64,000 nucleotides of DNA, taken from contig CM126235.1 in assembly GCA_052327205.1 (NCBI GenBank), positions 18,910,001 through 18,974,000 of the forward strand, given 5' to 3'. Of this stretch, positions 24,515-37,224 are shown one piece after another. This DNA comes from Somniosus microcephalus. Its lineage: Eukaryota. Each line of letters opens with the position of its first letter. The first letter of the stretch is position 1. A model generated the notes under the pieces. The model did no database searches and was not told the DNA's origin. It saw only the letters and a program-made list of their open reading frames with translations. The position numbers and the translations under genes were made by a program.

Positions 24515-24835
24515 GGAAAAAGTGTAACATCCCCACCGACACCTAGGAATCCCTGGCCCAAGACCACACAAAGTAGAGGAGAAGCATCCGGGAAGGTGCC
24601 GAACACCTCGAGTCTCTCCGCCGGGAGCAAGCGGAAGCCAAGCGCAGGCAGCGCAAGGAGCGCACGTCAACCCAAGCACCCCACACCCACCCGCCCCTTC
24701 AACCACCGTCTGCCCCACTTGTGACAGAGACTGTAGGTCCCGCATTGGACTCATCAGTCACCCAAGAACTCATTTTTTAATGTGGAAGCAAGTCATCCTC
24801 GGTTCCGAGGGACTGCCTAAGAAGAAGAAGAAGAA
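24515..24835 (+). mobile_element. RTE LINE 3' end
   Basis: Homologous to 9466-9780; (AAG)n tail. Confidence 0.8.
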
Positions 24836-25734
24836 TACCTGACCTGGGAGTGCTTGACGCTGACAGTGGGTGCTGGAAATGGGAAAGCATGCTGTTCCCC
24901 TGGACCAACACCCCTCACCTTGATCAGCAAAAAAACTTGACCTTAAAAAAAATGATTTTTTACGATTGGGAGCAACTTGAGACCTTGAACGGAGTTGAGG
25001 GTCGGGTTCAAAGTGCGCAGTGCCCTTTAACATGTCGCTCAACTCTTGGCAATTTTACGAAATGCTTGTTATTTCCACTCTCAAGTCTTGGTAATGGGGA
25101 AATTCCTACTTTGCTGGCACACGCCTGTTGAATATTATGGGCTGGCACCGTTCAGAGGGAGTGCGTTCAATGGCCGAGAGCGCCAAGTGCTTTTGCTTTG
25201 ATTTATGTTTCACTCTGTCCTTTCTGAGAATCGCCTTGTTATAAACCAGGCTGGGCGTCGCACGCAGGCAGTCTCCCTGTTATTTTTGTACCTTTGACCA
25301 CCCCCCCCCCCCCCGCCTGTTCTTTTCATTTCCCCTTTTCATGGTCACCTCAACCTTCACACGAAGCTCGATTTGCTTTGTGTAAATCGTGCCGAGACGG
25401 GGGCGTGAGAAGTGGGCTTGTGTGCGTCGGGTTTAGGCTGGTGCGGGCGCCCTGGTGGATGTGCCACCCTTGGGTAAGCTGGCTCCAATCCAAATCCACA
25501 CAGGGTGCCCGCCCGTCACCCGTCCACCGACCAGCCTGGCCTGCCGTTAACTACGCGAAACTTTTTTTTTTTATTATTGGTTAAGTTTTACAGAAGGTCA
25601 CTTTCTTACAGAAGTTTTATAAAGTTTTTTTTAATATAAATGTATATACTTTGATACAAACTGTAATTAATTCCAGTCACTCAATGCCGCTGAGATGCAT
25701 CTTAGCTAAGTGTCGTTGTATGTGCTGTTTATAA

Positions 25735-25740
25735 AATAAA
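25735..25740 (+). terminator. Candidate distal polyadenylation signal AATAAA
   Basis: Canonical hexamer after U-rich, TGTA-containing sequence, at the end of unique UTR-like DNA. Confidence 0.5.
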
Positions 25741-25829
25741 TCCTGTTTATAAGCCTGATTGTAGAGTCAGTCCATGATGTGCAAACTCTTGTCACCTGAA
25801 TTGAAAAGACAGACATTGCAATTCATATC

Positions 25830-26920
25830 GTAGAATCATACATCGCAGAAGGAGGCCATTCAGCCCATCATGCCTGTGCCAGCTCTTTGAAAAAGCTGTC
25901 CAATTAATCCCACTCCCTTGCTGTTTCCCCATAGCTCTGCAGTTTTTTCCTTTTCAACTATATAACCAATTCCCTCTTGAAAGTTACTATTGAATCTGCT
26001 TCCACCGCCCTTTCAGGCAGCGCATTCCAGATCACAAAAACTCGCTGTGTAAAACATATTCTCCTCATCTCTCCCTCTGGTTCTTTTGCCAATTATCTTA
26101 AATCTGTGTCCTCTGGTTACCGACCCTCCTGCCACTGGAAACAGTTTCTCTCCATCTACTCTATCGAAACCCTTCATAATTCTGAACGCCTCTATTAAAT
26201 CTCCCCTTAACCTTCTCAGCTTCTCCAGTCTCTCCACGTGACTGAACATAAGAAATAGGAGCAGGAGTAGGCAATTTGGCCCTTCAAGCCTGCTCCGCCA
26301 TTCAATAAGATCATGGCTGATCTCCCTCCTCATCTTTCGACTTTCCCGCACTATCCCCATATCCCTTGATTCCCTTTTATCCAAAAATCTATCGATCTCT
26401 GTCTTGAATATACTCAACGACTGAGCCTCCACAGCCCTCTGAGGTAGAGAATTCCAAAGATTCACCACCCTCCGAGTGAAGAAATTCCTCCTCATCTCAG
26501 TCCTAAATGGCCGACCCCTTATTCTGAGATGGTGACCCCTGGTTCTAGACTCCCCAGCCAGGGGAAACATCCTCCCTGCATCTACCCTGTCAAGCCCTGT
26601 AAGAATGTTGTATGTTTCAATGAGATCACCTCTCATTTTTCTAAACTCTAGAGAATATAGGCCTAGTCTACTCAATCTCATCTCATAGGACAATCCCCCC
26701 ATCCCAGGAACCAGTCTGGTGAACCTTCGTTGCACTCCCTCTATGGTAAGTATATCCTTCCTTAGGTAAGGAGACCAAAACTGTACACAATGCTCCAGGT
26801 GTGGTCTCACCAGGGCCCTATATAATTGCAGTAAGACGTCTTTACTCTTATACTCAAATCCTCTTGTAATAAAGGCCAACATACCATTTGCTTTCCTAAT
26901 TGCTTGCTGTACCTGCAGCT
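25830..26920 (-). mobile_element. Adjacent/nested CR1 3' fragments
   Basis: ORF 26013-26993 is a chimaera of two CR1 ORF2 ends. Confidence 0.85.
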
Positions 26921-27699
26921 CTGGTAACCTTCTAGACAATCTCCTCTGCAGCCTCTCCAAGATCTTGAATATCCTTAAACGACTTATCGTCATCTCTCAA
27001 AAAGATTGCAACGTGCTCCACACGCAAACGTTTAAATCATTTTGCTCGTTTTCCGATGACTCCGGGGGTGGGCTGGGGTACTCCCAGACCTGGCACTCTC
27101 CCCACAGACTGCAATTTCTTGCCCCTTATGTGGGGTGGGGGGAGGAGGTAGGAGCCCATGACGTGCCCCTTAGTGGTGCGAATGCTCGCCAGTCTTAATT
27201 AAATTAGGCACCCCCCCCTCCCTGCTCCCCCTTGCCCCTGCAAGCGTTGGCGGGGTCAGTGATGGGGGCCACCAGCAGGCAGATTCGGGCACTTGCACCC
27301 GGGGTCGACGGCCCGCTGGTTTTTTCGTTGGACCTCGTTTCAAGGCCCATTGAGATCCAAGCAATAATGGAATGGATTTACTGAACATCTGAAACCGCTT
27401 TCCGCGCACCAGTAATCGGGAGCTCCTTCGCGCTTGCCAGCTCCCTCTTGCGAATCCACTGACGTGCCAAGTTTGAATCTAACTGGGAACGCTGTCGGGA
27501 GTCGATTATTAAGGGACTGATTATAAAGGTGAAAACACTGAAGTGAAATGCTGACATTTGTTGAAGCTTTGACACCTGCCAGATTAACGCTTCAATTAAC
27601 CAGCTCACACTTTGGCTTGCGAACGGGTTTTAGTCAGCAAACTCTTTCTTCCAAGGGGCAACGAGTGGTTCTTTCAGCTTCCTGCTGACTTGAAAAGAA

Positions 27700-28136
27700 C
27701 GAAAGACTTGCATTTCTATAGCGCCTTTCACGAGCACCGGGCGTCCCAAAGCGCTTTACAGCCAATGAAGTACTTTTTGAAGGGTAGTCGCTGTTGTAAT
27801 GCGGGAAACGCGGCAGCCAATTTGCGCACAGCAAGCTCCCATGCACAGCAATGTGATAATGACCAGATCATCTGTTTCTAGTGATGTGGGTTGAGGGATA
27901 AGTATTGGCCCAGGACACTAGAACTCCCCATCTCTTCTTCGATACAGTGCCACGGGATCTTTTACGTCCACCTGAGAGAACAGACGGGGCCTCGGTTTAA
28001 TGTCCCATCCAAAATACAGCGCAGCACTTGCACTGGAGTGTCAGCCTAGATTTATGTGCTCAAGTCTCTGCAGACCAGACTTGAACCCACAACCTTCATG
28101 ACTCAGAGGTGAAGAGTGCTGCCCACTGAGCCATGG
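27700..28136 (-). mobile_element. DeuSINE-type SINE
   Basis: Reverse-complement of the family core and head. Confidence 0.8.
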
Positions 28137-29517
28137 CAGACTTGGAACAAAACACGATGCTCATTCAATACTGTTGCTCCTTGCGCCATATACCCACCTT
28201 TAGCAGAACATTCTTTATGAGCATACGTTGACTATGATGTCACAAGAGCTTCCTCATGAAATCATAAAGCAGGTTGACCTCGTCACAAACCTAAAGTGCG
28301 GTTTGCGGGTTGCCGAACATGTTTGCCTGTGGTTTAAATTGCACCCATTGGGGGGAAATCAAGTGACTGCCACTCCCCACCATGCGGTTTATAACTCTCC
28401 AGTGACCTGCCGACACGTGAGATTGGCACACCTGTTGACTTGGTGTCCCGCTACCCCGCACAGTGCCCGCCGAACCCGCTGTGCCACCCCTGCGGGACTC
28501 GCTTCTTACCAACTGGCTCTCGCATCTGCTTGCCCTTCCGCTCTGTTGAGCCGCGGAGCACCGTCACTTCTAGAAACACTGCACAGCCGTTTCCCCTCTC
28601 AGGGTGCCATGTAGACAGGTCGCATGTCAGGTAGGAGATTCCTGCCTAGAGGATCCAGGCAGTTAAAAACCTTTCAACCATCCCAGTACCCCAAGCAGAG
28701 ACTTTTTTTAAAATTCGTACCTGGGATGTGGGCAAGGCCAGCATTTATTGCCCATCCCTAATTGCCCAAGAAGGTGGTGGTGAGCCGCCATTTCAGAGGA
28801 GCAGTTAAGAGTCAACCACGTTGCTGTGGGTCTGGAGTCACATATAGGCCAGACCGGGTAAGGGTGGCAGATTTCCTTCCCTAAAGACAATAGTTTCATA
28901 GTCACCATTACTGATGCTAGCTTTCCAGATTTGTTTAATGAACTGAATTTAAATTCCCCAGTTGCCGTGGTGGGATTTGAACTCACGTCTCTGGATCATT
29001 AGTCCGGGCCTCGAGGTTTTTGCTTGTTCTCTTTTGCGGCTCTCAATTTCTGCCTGTCTCATTTTTGTAATTCTCGCTCTCTTCTGTTTCTTCTCTATCT
29101 CTTTTGGTTCTGTGTTTTCTCTCTCTCTCTCTCTCTCTCATTCTTTTGTTTGTTAACTCTGCTTTCTCTTCCTCGGTGCTCTCTGTCACTCTCACACACA
29201 TCTGTCCTCTGCCTCTCACTCCCCGCTCTATTTGTCTTTCCCGCTCGTTCTGTTTCTCGCGCTCTCAGAGGGAAGGAACTTGCATTGATGCAACGCTTTG
29301 TCACATCTCTCAAGAATGGTCCCAAAGCATTTCGCATGCAATGAATTACTGTTTTGGTAACGTGGGCAAACGCAACAGCCAATTCACGCACAGCAAGATC
29401 CCGTCAACATCAGTTGGATAAATAAATAGGCGAATCATGAAAGCCGTAGCTCTTAAAGAGGTGTTCCTTATTAATCTGTTTTTGGTGTTGCTGGTTGAGG
29501 GAGGAATGTTGGCCCGG

Positions 29518-30475
29518 ACATAAGAACATAAGAAATAGGAGCAGGAGTCAGCCATTTGGCCCTTCGAGCCTGCTCCGCCATTCAATAAGATCATGGCTGA
29601 TCTTCTATCTCATCTCCACTTTCCTGCTCTATCCCCATATCCCTTGATTCCCTTAATATTCAAAAATCTATCGATGTCTGTCTTGAATATACTCAACGAC
29701 TGAGCCTCCACAGCCCTCTGGGGTAGAGAATTCCAAAGATTCACCACCCTCAGTGAAGAAATTTCTCCTCATCTCAGTCCTAAATGGCCGACCCCTTATT
29801 CTGAGACTGTGACCCCTGGTTCTAGACTCTCCAGCCAGGGGAAACATCCTCCCTGCATCTACCCTGTCAAGCCCTGTAAGAATTTTGTATGTTTTAATGA
29901 GATCACCTCTCATTCTTCTAAACTCTAGAGAATATAGGCCTAGTCTACTCAATCTCTCCTCATAGGACAATCCCCCCATCCCAGGAACCCGTCTGGTGAA
30001 CCTTCACTGCACTCCCTCCATGGCGAGCAAACTGGGAGGACTGCCTGCTCTCTTTCGGATATGTCAACATCTACCCCAGTGGGCAGATGGGACCACAGTT
30101 CAACGTCTCACCCAGAAGGTTATCACTTCCAGCAATGCAGCACTCCCTCAGTACTGTACTGAATTATCAGCCCAGATTGTGTGCTCGAGGCAGAAGCTTG
30201 AAATGAGAGCTCGGCCGTTCGGGAGTGATGTCAGGAAGCACTTCTTCACACAAAGGAAATCTGGAACTCTCTCCCCCAAAAAGCTGTTGAGGCTGAGGGG
30301 GGTGAGGGGCAATTGAAAATGTCAGAACTGAGATTGATTGACTTTTGTTAGATAAGGCTATTAAGGGTTACGGAACCAAGGCGGGTAAATGAAGTTAAGC
30401 TACAGATCAGCCATGATCTAATTGAATGGCGGAAGAGGCTCGAGGAGCTGAATGGCCTCCTCCTGTTCCTATGTT
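29518..30475. mobile_element. Two CR1 fragments (29518-30023 minus; ~30195-30475 plus) with SINE remnants
   Basis: CR1 ORF2 C-terminal peptides and tails. Confidence 0.8.
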
Positions 30476-30829
30476 CTAGAGCTGGAACTCATGATCTATT
30501 GACTCAGAGACAAGAGTGCTCACCATTGAGGACTCTGCCCCGTTTCTTGCCCTCCCCCATTCTACTCCTCACACTTTCAGCACCACTTTACACTTCTACA
30601 GTATTGTTTAGCACAGTGTGACATCACAAGGCACTTCATGATTCAGGACTGGAGCCAAGCAGGAACGGGCGATGGTGGTGGGATGAGGGGAGCTGGCCAA
30701 AGAGACAAATTTTAAGGAGGCTTTTGAAGCTGGGGTGAGGCAAGGCTTGAGGGGCTTGAGGAGAGAGCTCCAGAGGGTGAGGAGAAGGGACCGAATGTTC
30801 GGCCACATTGAAATGCTAAATCAGGCCAC

Positions 30830-31600
30830 AATTCACGCCACACAAGTGCCAGGCAATGACCATCTCCAACAAACGAGAGCCGAACCGCCTCCCCTTGACA
30901 TTCAACGGCATTACTATCACCGAATCCCCCACCATCAACATCCTGGGGGTCACCATTGACCAGAAACTTAACTGGACCAGCCATATAAATACTGTGGCAA
31001 CAAGAGCAGGTCAGAGGCTGGGTATTCTGCAGTGAGTGACTCACCTCCTGACTCCCCAAAGCCTTTCCACCATCTACAAGGCACAAGTCAGGAGTGTGAT
31101 GGAATACTCTCCACTTGCCTGGATGAGTGCAGCTCCAACCACACTCAAGAAGCTCGACACCATTCAGGATAAAGCAGCCTGCTTGATTGGCACCCCATCC
31201 ACCACCTTAAACATTCACTCCCTCCACCACCGGCGCACCGTGGCTGCAGTGTGTACCATCTACAAGATGCACTGCAGCAACTCGCCAAGGCTTCTTCGGC
31301 AGCACCTCCCAAACCCGCGACCTCTTCCACCTAGAAGGACAAGGGCAGCAGGCGAATGGGAACACCACCACCTCCAAGTTCCCCCCCAAGTCACACACCA
31401 TCCTGACTCGGAAATATATCAGTCGATTCTTCATCGTCGCTGGGTCAAAATCCTGGAACTCCCTCCCTAACAGCACTGTGGGAGCACCTTCACCACACGG
31501 ACTGTCGCGGTTCAAGAAGGCGGCTCACCACCACCTTCTCAAGGGCAATTAGGGATGGGCAATAAATGCTGGCCTTGCCAGCGACGCCCACATCCCATAA
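30830..31600 (+). mobile_element. Non-LTR retrotransposon 3' end, second CR1/L2-group family
   Basis: IYKAQVRSVMEYSPLAW...LDTIQDKAACLI with in-frame stop near 31033; tail GGGCAATAAATGCTGGCCTTGCCAGCG recurs at ~3270, 12490, 28720, 39470 and 63700. Confidence 0.75.
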
Positions 31601-32394
31601 ATGAAACAGAAAAAACGCTGGGACATTTCTCTAGAAAAGAGAATGCTGAGGGGTGACCCTAAGTGAGGTCTTATGAAGGGGCTCGATAGCGTAGACATAG
31701 AGAAGATGTTTCCATTTCTGGGAAGTCCAGTACTAGTGGCCATAAAAATAAGATATTCACTAATAAATCCAATAGGGAATTCAGGAGAAACTTCTTTACC
31801 CAAAGAATGGTTACAATGTGGAACTCACTACCACAAGGAATAGTTGAGACGAATTGCATAGATGCACTTAAGGGGAAGCTGGGTAATTACAAGAGAGACA
31901 AAGGATTAGAAGGATATGTTGATATAGTGAGATGAAGCAAGGTGGGAGGAGGGTTGTGTGGAGCATAAATACTGGCCTGGACCAGTTCAGCGGAATGGTC
32001 TGTTTCTGTGCTGTAAATTATACGTAATGCTTTGTAAATAGAATTGGGGGAAAAGGCTTTATCTATCTACGTAGCTCATGGTTTGGTTTTCCTGATGTAT
32101 AGTGGAGGGAAGAGGAACACGCAGTAGGCTAGTGATGGAAGAGTAGATCACGTAACCCTCAATACCCTTGCCGAACAAAAATCTATCAATCTCAGTTTTG
32201 ACATTTTCAATTGACCCCCAGCCTCAACAGCGTTTTGCGGGAGCGAGTTCCAGGTGTCCACTGTCCTTTGTATGAAGAAGTGCTTCCCACGGCACTATTT
32301 CGAAGAAGAGCAGGGGAGTTCTCCCCGGTGTCCTGGCCAATATTTATCCCTCAACCAACATAACAAAAACAGATTATCTGGTGATTATCACATT

Positions 32395-33379
32395 GGCCCA
32401 GAAATTAGGCTCGGGGGCTTGCCGCGCGTGCAAGCCCCCAATGAGCACTTACCCGGCGCGCCTGCCGTTCAGCTCCCGGGACGCTTGCAATTCCTGTTTT
32501 CAGTTGATTACTCCCGGGCAGCGTCTGACGTCACGCCGCCCAGGAGTGCAGCCAGCGCGAAGCCTCGAGCGCGGAGTCTAAGTTAGACACGCCCCTTGAG
32601 GTCTCCTTAACATAGGCCACGCCCCCAATTTTTAACACAAGCTGCAAAGCAATTCTACATGCAGAGCAGCATTTTAAAGACATTTTTTGTATTTTTATTA
32701 ATCTTTAGGTAACTTTTATAAAGTTTTAAATACTTTTAAATTATTTTGAAGAATGTAAAGTAGTTTTAAACAGAATTAAAGCGTAGTTATTTTGATGAGC
32801 CGGCTGGGATCACGTGGGCACTGGGCAACCAATGGGAGGTTGCAAAAGTTCATTCATGAGTTTGATAGTAAGAACTGTCAAACTCATGAAAACTCCGGGC
32901 GACCAAAACAGCACTTAAACTACAAATAAAAGTTAAAAAAAATCCCACTAAATAAATGAACTATGAATAACTGTAAAAAACTATTTTAAACAATTAATCA
33001 AATTTTAAAAAAAAATAATTTTTTAACAAATAGGGTCTAAAAATACACTTACCTTACTGTAAATTCTTTAAAAATTATAAACCTGTGGAAAAAAAATTCT
33101 AAATTGTATTAATAGACCACTTACCTGTAAAACTAAGTACTTACGTCTGGTATTTTCAAGCGTAAAAACCGGAGGCCTTTACGCACGGGCAACTCTTTGC
33201 AAAAAAAGGAAATTCAGCGCGCACGCGCTGCCTGATACGTCGTATGCGTTCCACCTCTTAACCCCTTGGTTCAGAGGACAGGAAATGCCGGTTTTCAGCG
33301 CATGCGCTGTGCACTTCCATCGGGCCCACGTGTGAGTACCCCGTCCGTACTCACGCGTTGGGACCGGAATTACTGGCCC
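32395..33379. mobile_element. ~985-bp Harbinger-like MITE (family C) nested in a DeuSINE
   Basis: ATT|GGCCCAGAAATT...AATTACTGGCCC|ATT; the SINE reads ATTATCACATTGCTGTTTG once the insert is removed; AT-rich core with GC-rich subterminal arms. Confidence 0.85.
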
Positions 33380-35576
33380 ATTGCTGTTTGTGGGAGCTTG
33401 CTGTGCGCAAATTGGCTGCCGCGTTTCCTACATTACAACAGTGACCACACTTCAAAAAAGTACTTCATTGGCTGTAAAGCGCTTTGAGACGTCCGGTGGT
33501 CATGCAAGGCGCTATAGAAATGCAAGTCTTTCTTTCTTTCTTTCCTGAACGGCCTAGCTCTAATTTTAACGTTATGTCCCCTTGTTCTTGACTCCCCCCA
33601 CCAGAGGAAATAGTTTCTCTCTATCAACCCTATCAACTCCTTTAATCATCTAAAACACCTCAATTAGATCGCCCTTTAATCCTTTATACTCTAGTCCTGT
33701 CCTCATAATGTTATCCTTTGAGCCCTGGTATCATGCTGGTGAATCTGCACTGCACCCATTCCAAGACCAATAAATCCTTCCTGTGGTGTGGTGCCATCAC
33801 ATAAGAAATAGGACATTGCGGCAGAGCCACTGAGGGACTTTGAACAACTGTACATAATTCCCTTTAACGAGGTTTGACTCCAACCTAATCCTGTACTAGT
33901 CTGTTAGTGATTTCTGTGTTTGTACATACTGTTTGCATGCACGGGGCGCGGTCCCTTTAAGACCGCGGCAAAGCGCGGGTAAACGCGATGACGTCATGCC
34001 GCTAATCACGTGACCACCCAAGCGCGGGAGAAACGTGATGACGTCATGACGCCATCCACGGGACCGCCCTGGCAGTCTTCGTGGAGCCTCCGACCAGCAA
34101 AGACCTGTTTTCGTGGTTCTCCTGTATCGATTTCGACAAACTGTTTAAACTCGTTAGTTCTGCATTAAAACTTGTTTGTTTGATCGCCTGAGTCGACCTC
34201 AGTTCTTAGAATTTGGCAATTCCTACAACATAAGATATAGGAGCAGGAGTAGGCCATTTGGCCCTTCGAGCCTGCTCCGCAACCCCATTAAACCCACTGC
34301 CGATTGCTGGTACAATGAATCTGGGTGGAAGGCTCTGAATCTTCCACTGACCTGCAAACCCCCCCATGACACCCCAGCAGGATCTACCAAGCAACTTGGG
34401 CCTGGATAGGAGGGGTGGGGGGAGTCACACCACCATTGGTTAAACGTACCTCATGGCCAAGAATGTAATGAAGTAGCATTGACAGCAACTTGGTCTTCAA
34501 GCTAAACCCTATCTCCCTCGCCATGGATATCCCAGGGAAAGTGGGAGGAATCCAGTTGAGATGGATAAGATAAAAGGCTCCCTCACCCCAAGCTGGGCCC
34601 CCTCCCCCCCACAGCCCCACTCCCCAAGACCCCCTGCCCTACCCCCACCATCTCCTACCCCCCCCATCCCAACCCCACCACCACCACCGCCGCAGCCCCA
34701 ACCCCCAGCCCCGCTCTGACCCCCCCGACCCACCCCACCACCTCCAGCCCCACCCTCGCCAGCCTCACTCACTCTAGGGCACCAAAGGTGAAATGAATTT
34801 GCCCAAAAAGTCTCAGCCCATCGAAGTGCCGCTGGTTTGCCATTCACCGGCGATCTCACCTTACTCCCGAGGACCCACTCGAGATACAGTACATGACAAC
34901 CCCAGATCCTGGCTACGGTTTTGGGCCGACAAGCTACAGTGATGATTAAGAGAGGCCCCCCGGATGTCTGCCGTGCGAAATGGAGAAATTTCACACTGGT
35001 TGAGAAGGCTGTTAGAAAAAAGCATACAGGATCCGTGGCTTTATTAATAGAGGCACAGAATGAAAAAGCAAGGAAGTTATGCTAATCCAGCACAAGACAC
35101 GAGTTAGGCCTCAGCTGGTGTATTGTGTTCAGTTCCACGCTTTTAGATGTCAAGGCCTTGGAGAGGGTGCAGAGGAGATTTAATAGAATGGTTCCAGGGA
35201 TGAGAGACTTCAGTTGTGTGGAGAGACCGAAGAAGCTGGGATTGTTCTCCTTAGAGCAGAGAAGGTTAAGGGGAGATTTAATAGAGGCGTTTAAAATTTT
35301 GAAGCGTTTTTGATAGAGTGAATTGGGAGAAACTGTTCCCAGTGGCAGGAGGGTCAGTAACCAGAGGTCATAGATTTAAGATAATTGGCAAAAGAACCAG
35401 AGGGGAGATGAGGAGAATTTTTTTTACGTAGCGAACTATTAATGGGCTGAATGGCCCTCCTCTGTGCTGCATGGGTCAATGGTACAGTAGGGGGGCACTG
35501 TTCTGGGGTAAGGGAGGCGGAGTATTGCTGGGCAGACTGGGAGTCGGACTGGGCTTCACCTGACCTGGAGAGGCTC

Positions 35577-35788
35577 TGTTAGATCCGTGTATCTTGATGT
35601 TGTGTCCTTCAATAATTAGACAAGAGACTGCAGGGAACAATCAACAGGTGTTTACTGAATGAGGGTTACTCTAAAACTAACTGTACAGATCCCTACTCAG
35701 GGTTTATATACAGGTGTGGTCACTGCCGGTACTACAGTATACAGGAGCTTTAAAAAGTAGTTCTCCCCTTAAAGGTACATACACTACA
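35577..35788 (-). mobile_element. Solo LTR of the Gypsy family at 54307-59457
   Basis: TGTTAGATCC...CACTACA homologous to those LTRs; perfect 5-bp TSD GGCTC. Confidence 0.92.
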
Positions 35789-35930
35789 GGCTCGATGTTG
35801 AGTCTAGTGCTCCGATTCCCAGCGCTAACGGCCCCTCCCTCATCTCGATAATGTAAGAAAGGGGAACAGTGATGCATTGCCAGTTGAACTCCCTAGAATG
35901 TTGTAATAACTTGTTCGGTTTCTCCCACAG

Positions 35931-36027
35931 GAAGGAACCGTGATGAGGAGCGAACCAATGGAAAAGAGAGCTCAGAGGAAGGTCCCTCGGGATTGAAAAG
36001 AAAACCAAAGGAAAACAAACGGAAAAG
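35931..36027 (+). other. Candidate exon of unidentified downstream gene
   Basis: ttctcccacag acceptor, gtatca donor; open as RNRDEERTNGKESSEEGPSGLKRKPKENKRK; phase fits 37051-37122. Confidence 0.4.
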
Positions 36028-36221
36028 GTATCAGCGAGAGAGCAGAAGGTGGAGACTAGAACCAGTTCTTCAGCCCCCGCCCGCGCTCTCTCTGTCCTGT
36101 CCTTTAATTGGCTGCTACTTTTATGGTCATTGTTTCCTCTCTTGTTCCTCCATGGATTTGTGTGCACCATCCATTGCTTCCTGGCACCTCCACGTTGTTG
36201 AAAAAGGGAAGGAAACTCTTA

Positions 36222-36672
36222 CATTTATATAGCACCTTTCACGACCTCAGGACGTCCCAAAGCGCTTCACAGCCAATGAAGTACTTTTGAAGTGTAGTCG
36301 CTGTCGTATTGTAGGAAACACGGCAGCCAATTTGCGCACAGCAAGCTCCCACAAACAGCAATGTGATAATGACCAGATAATCTGCTTTAGTGATGTTGGG
36401 TGAGGGATAAATATTGGTCAGGACACCGGGGAGAACTCCCCTGCTCTTCTTCAAATAGCGGCCATGGGATCTTTTACATCCACCTGAGAGGGCAGACGGG
36501 GGCTCGGTTTAACGTCTCATCTGAAAGACGGCACCTCCGACAGAGCGGCACTCCCTCAGCACTGCACTGGGAGGGTTAGCTTGGATTTTATGCTCAAGTT
36601 TCTTGGAGTGTGATTTGAACCCATGATGTTGTGACTCAGAGGCGAGGGTGCTACCCACTGAGCCATGGCTGA
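36222..36672 (-). mobile_element. DeuSINE-type SINE, full length
   Basis: Complete head, core and tail on minus strand. Confidence 0.88.
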
Positions 36673-37050
36673 CACTAAAATGAGAGATGAGAATCCCAGA
36701 GGCGTCACTCCAGGGGCAATGCCTCGCTCCCCTTGGAGCATGACACAGAGCTCAGTCCACCAACCAGCAGCCCTCTCGAACTTACTGGAACCTCTCTTGC
36801 TGATCTCCACGGCCCGTTTGGCCATTCCGCAATCTCATTGAACAAGCCTCCGCGCTGGGTGCGAAATCTCTGAACATTTAATCCCTGGGACCCTCCTCCT
36901 CTAAATCACCTTTTCCCTGGATCGGAAAATTGTGGAACTCTCCACCTTCCTCAGTCGCTCCTTTTTGGGACGTTTTGCTACGTTAAGGTGCTATATCAAT
37001 GCAAGTTATAATTGGTTATAGGTAAAGTTTACATAAGCATTTCCCATCAG

Positions 37051-37122
37051 AACTGGGGACCTAGGAATTTATAATGGAAAAATGTTGTCACAAAAGTGTG
37101 GCAAAAAACGTGACAACAGGAA
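37051..37122 (+). other. Candidate exon of unidentified downstream gene
   Basis: tttcccatcag acceptor, gtaagg donor; TGDLGIYNGKMLSQKCGKKRDNR in phase 2-2. Confidence 0.4.
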
Positions 37123-37224
37123 GTAAGGTTCTATAGACAGGAAGTGCATGCACACGTAAGATTTTTAATTTGGATACTATATATACGATAGATTCTTCTT
37201 CTAAACCTCGGGTACATTCAACTA

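Larger units (their letters stand above)
18914..25760 (+). other. AXL: Putative long, highly structured AXL 3' UTR with TE insertions
   Basis: Follows stop codon; AATAAA at 21135 and 25735, the latter after a U-rich tract; pairable sequence continues to ~25540. The true 3' end is inferred. Confidence 0.55.

Noticed and set aside
28207-28272. Possible exon NILYEHTLTMMSQELPHEIIKQ
   Set aside because: Weak donor (gttgac) and no phase-linked neighbour
34580-34765. C-rich tract, potential G-quadruplex on minus strand
   Set aside because: Low-complexity sequence with no supporting context
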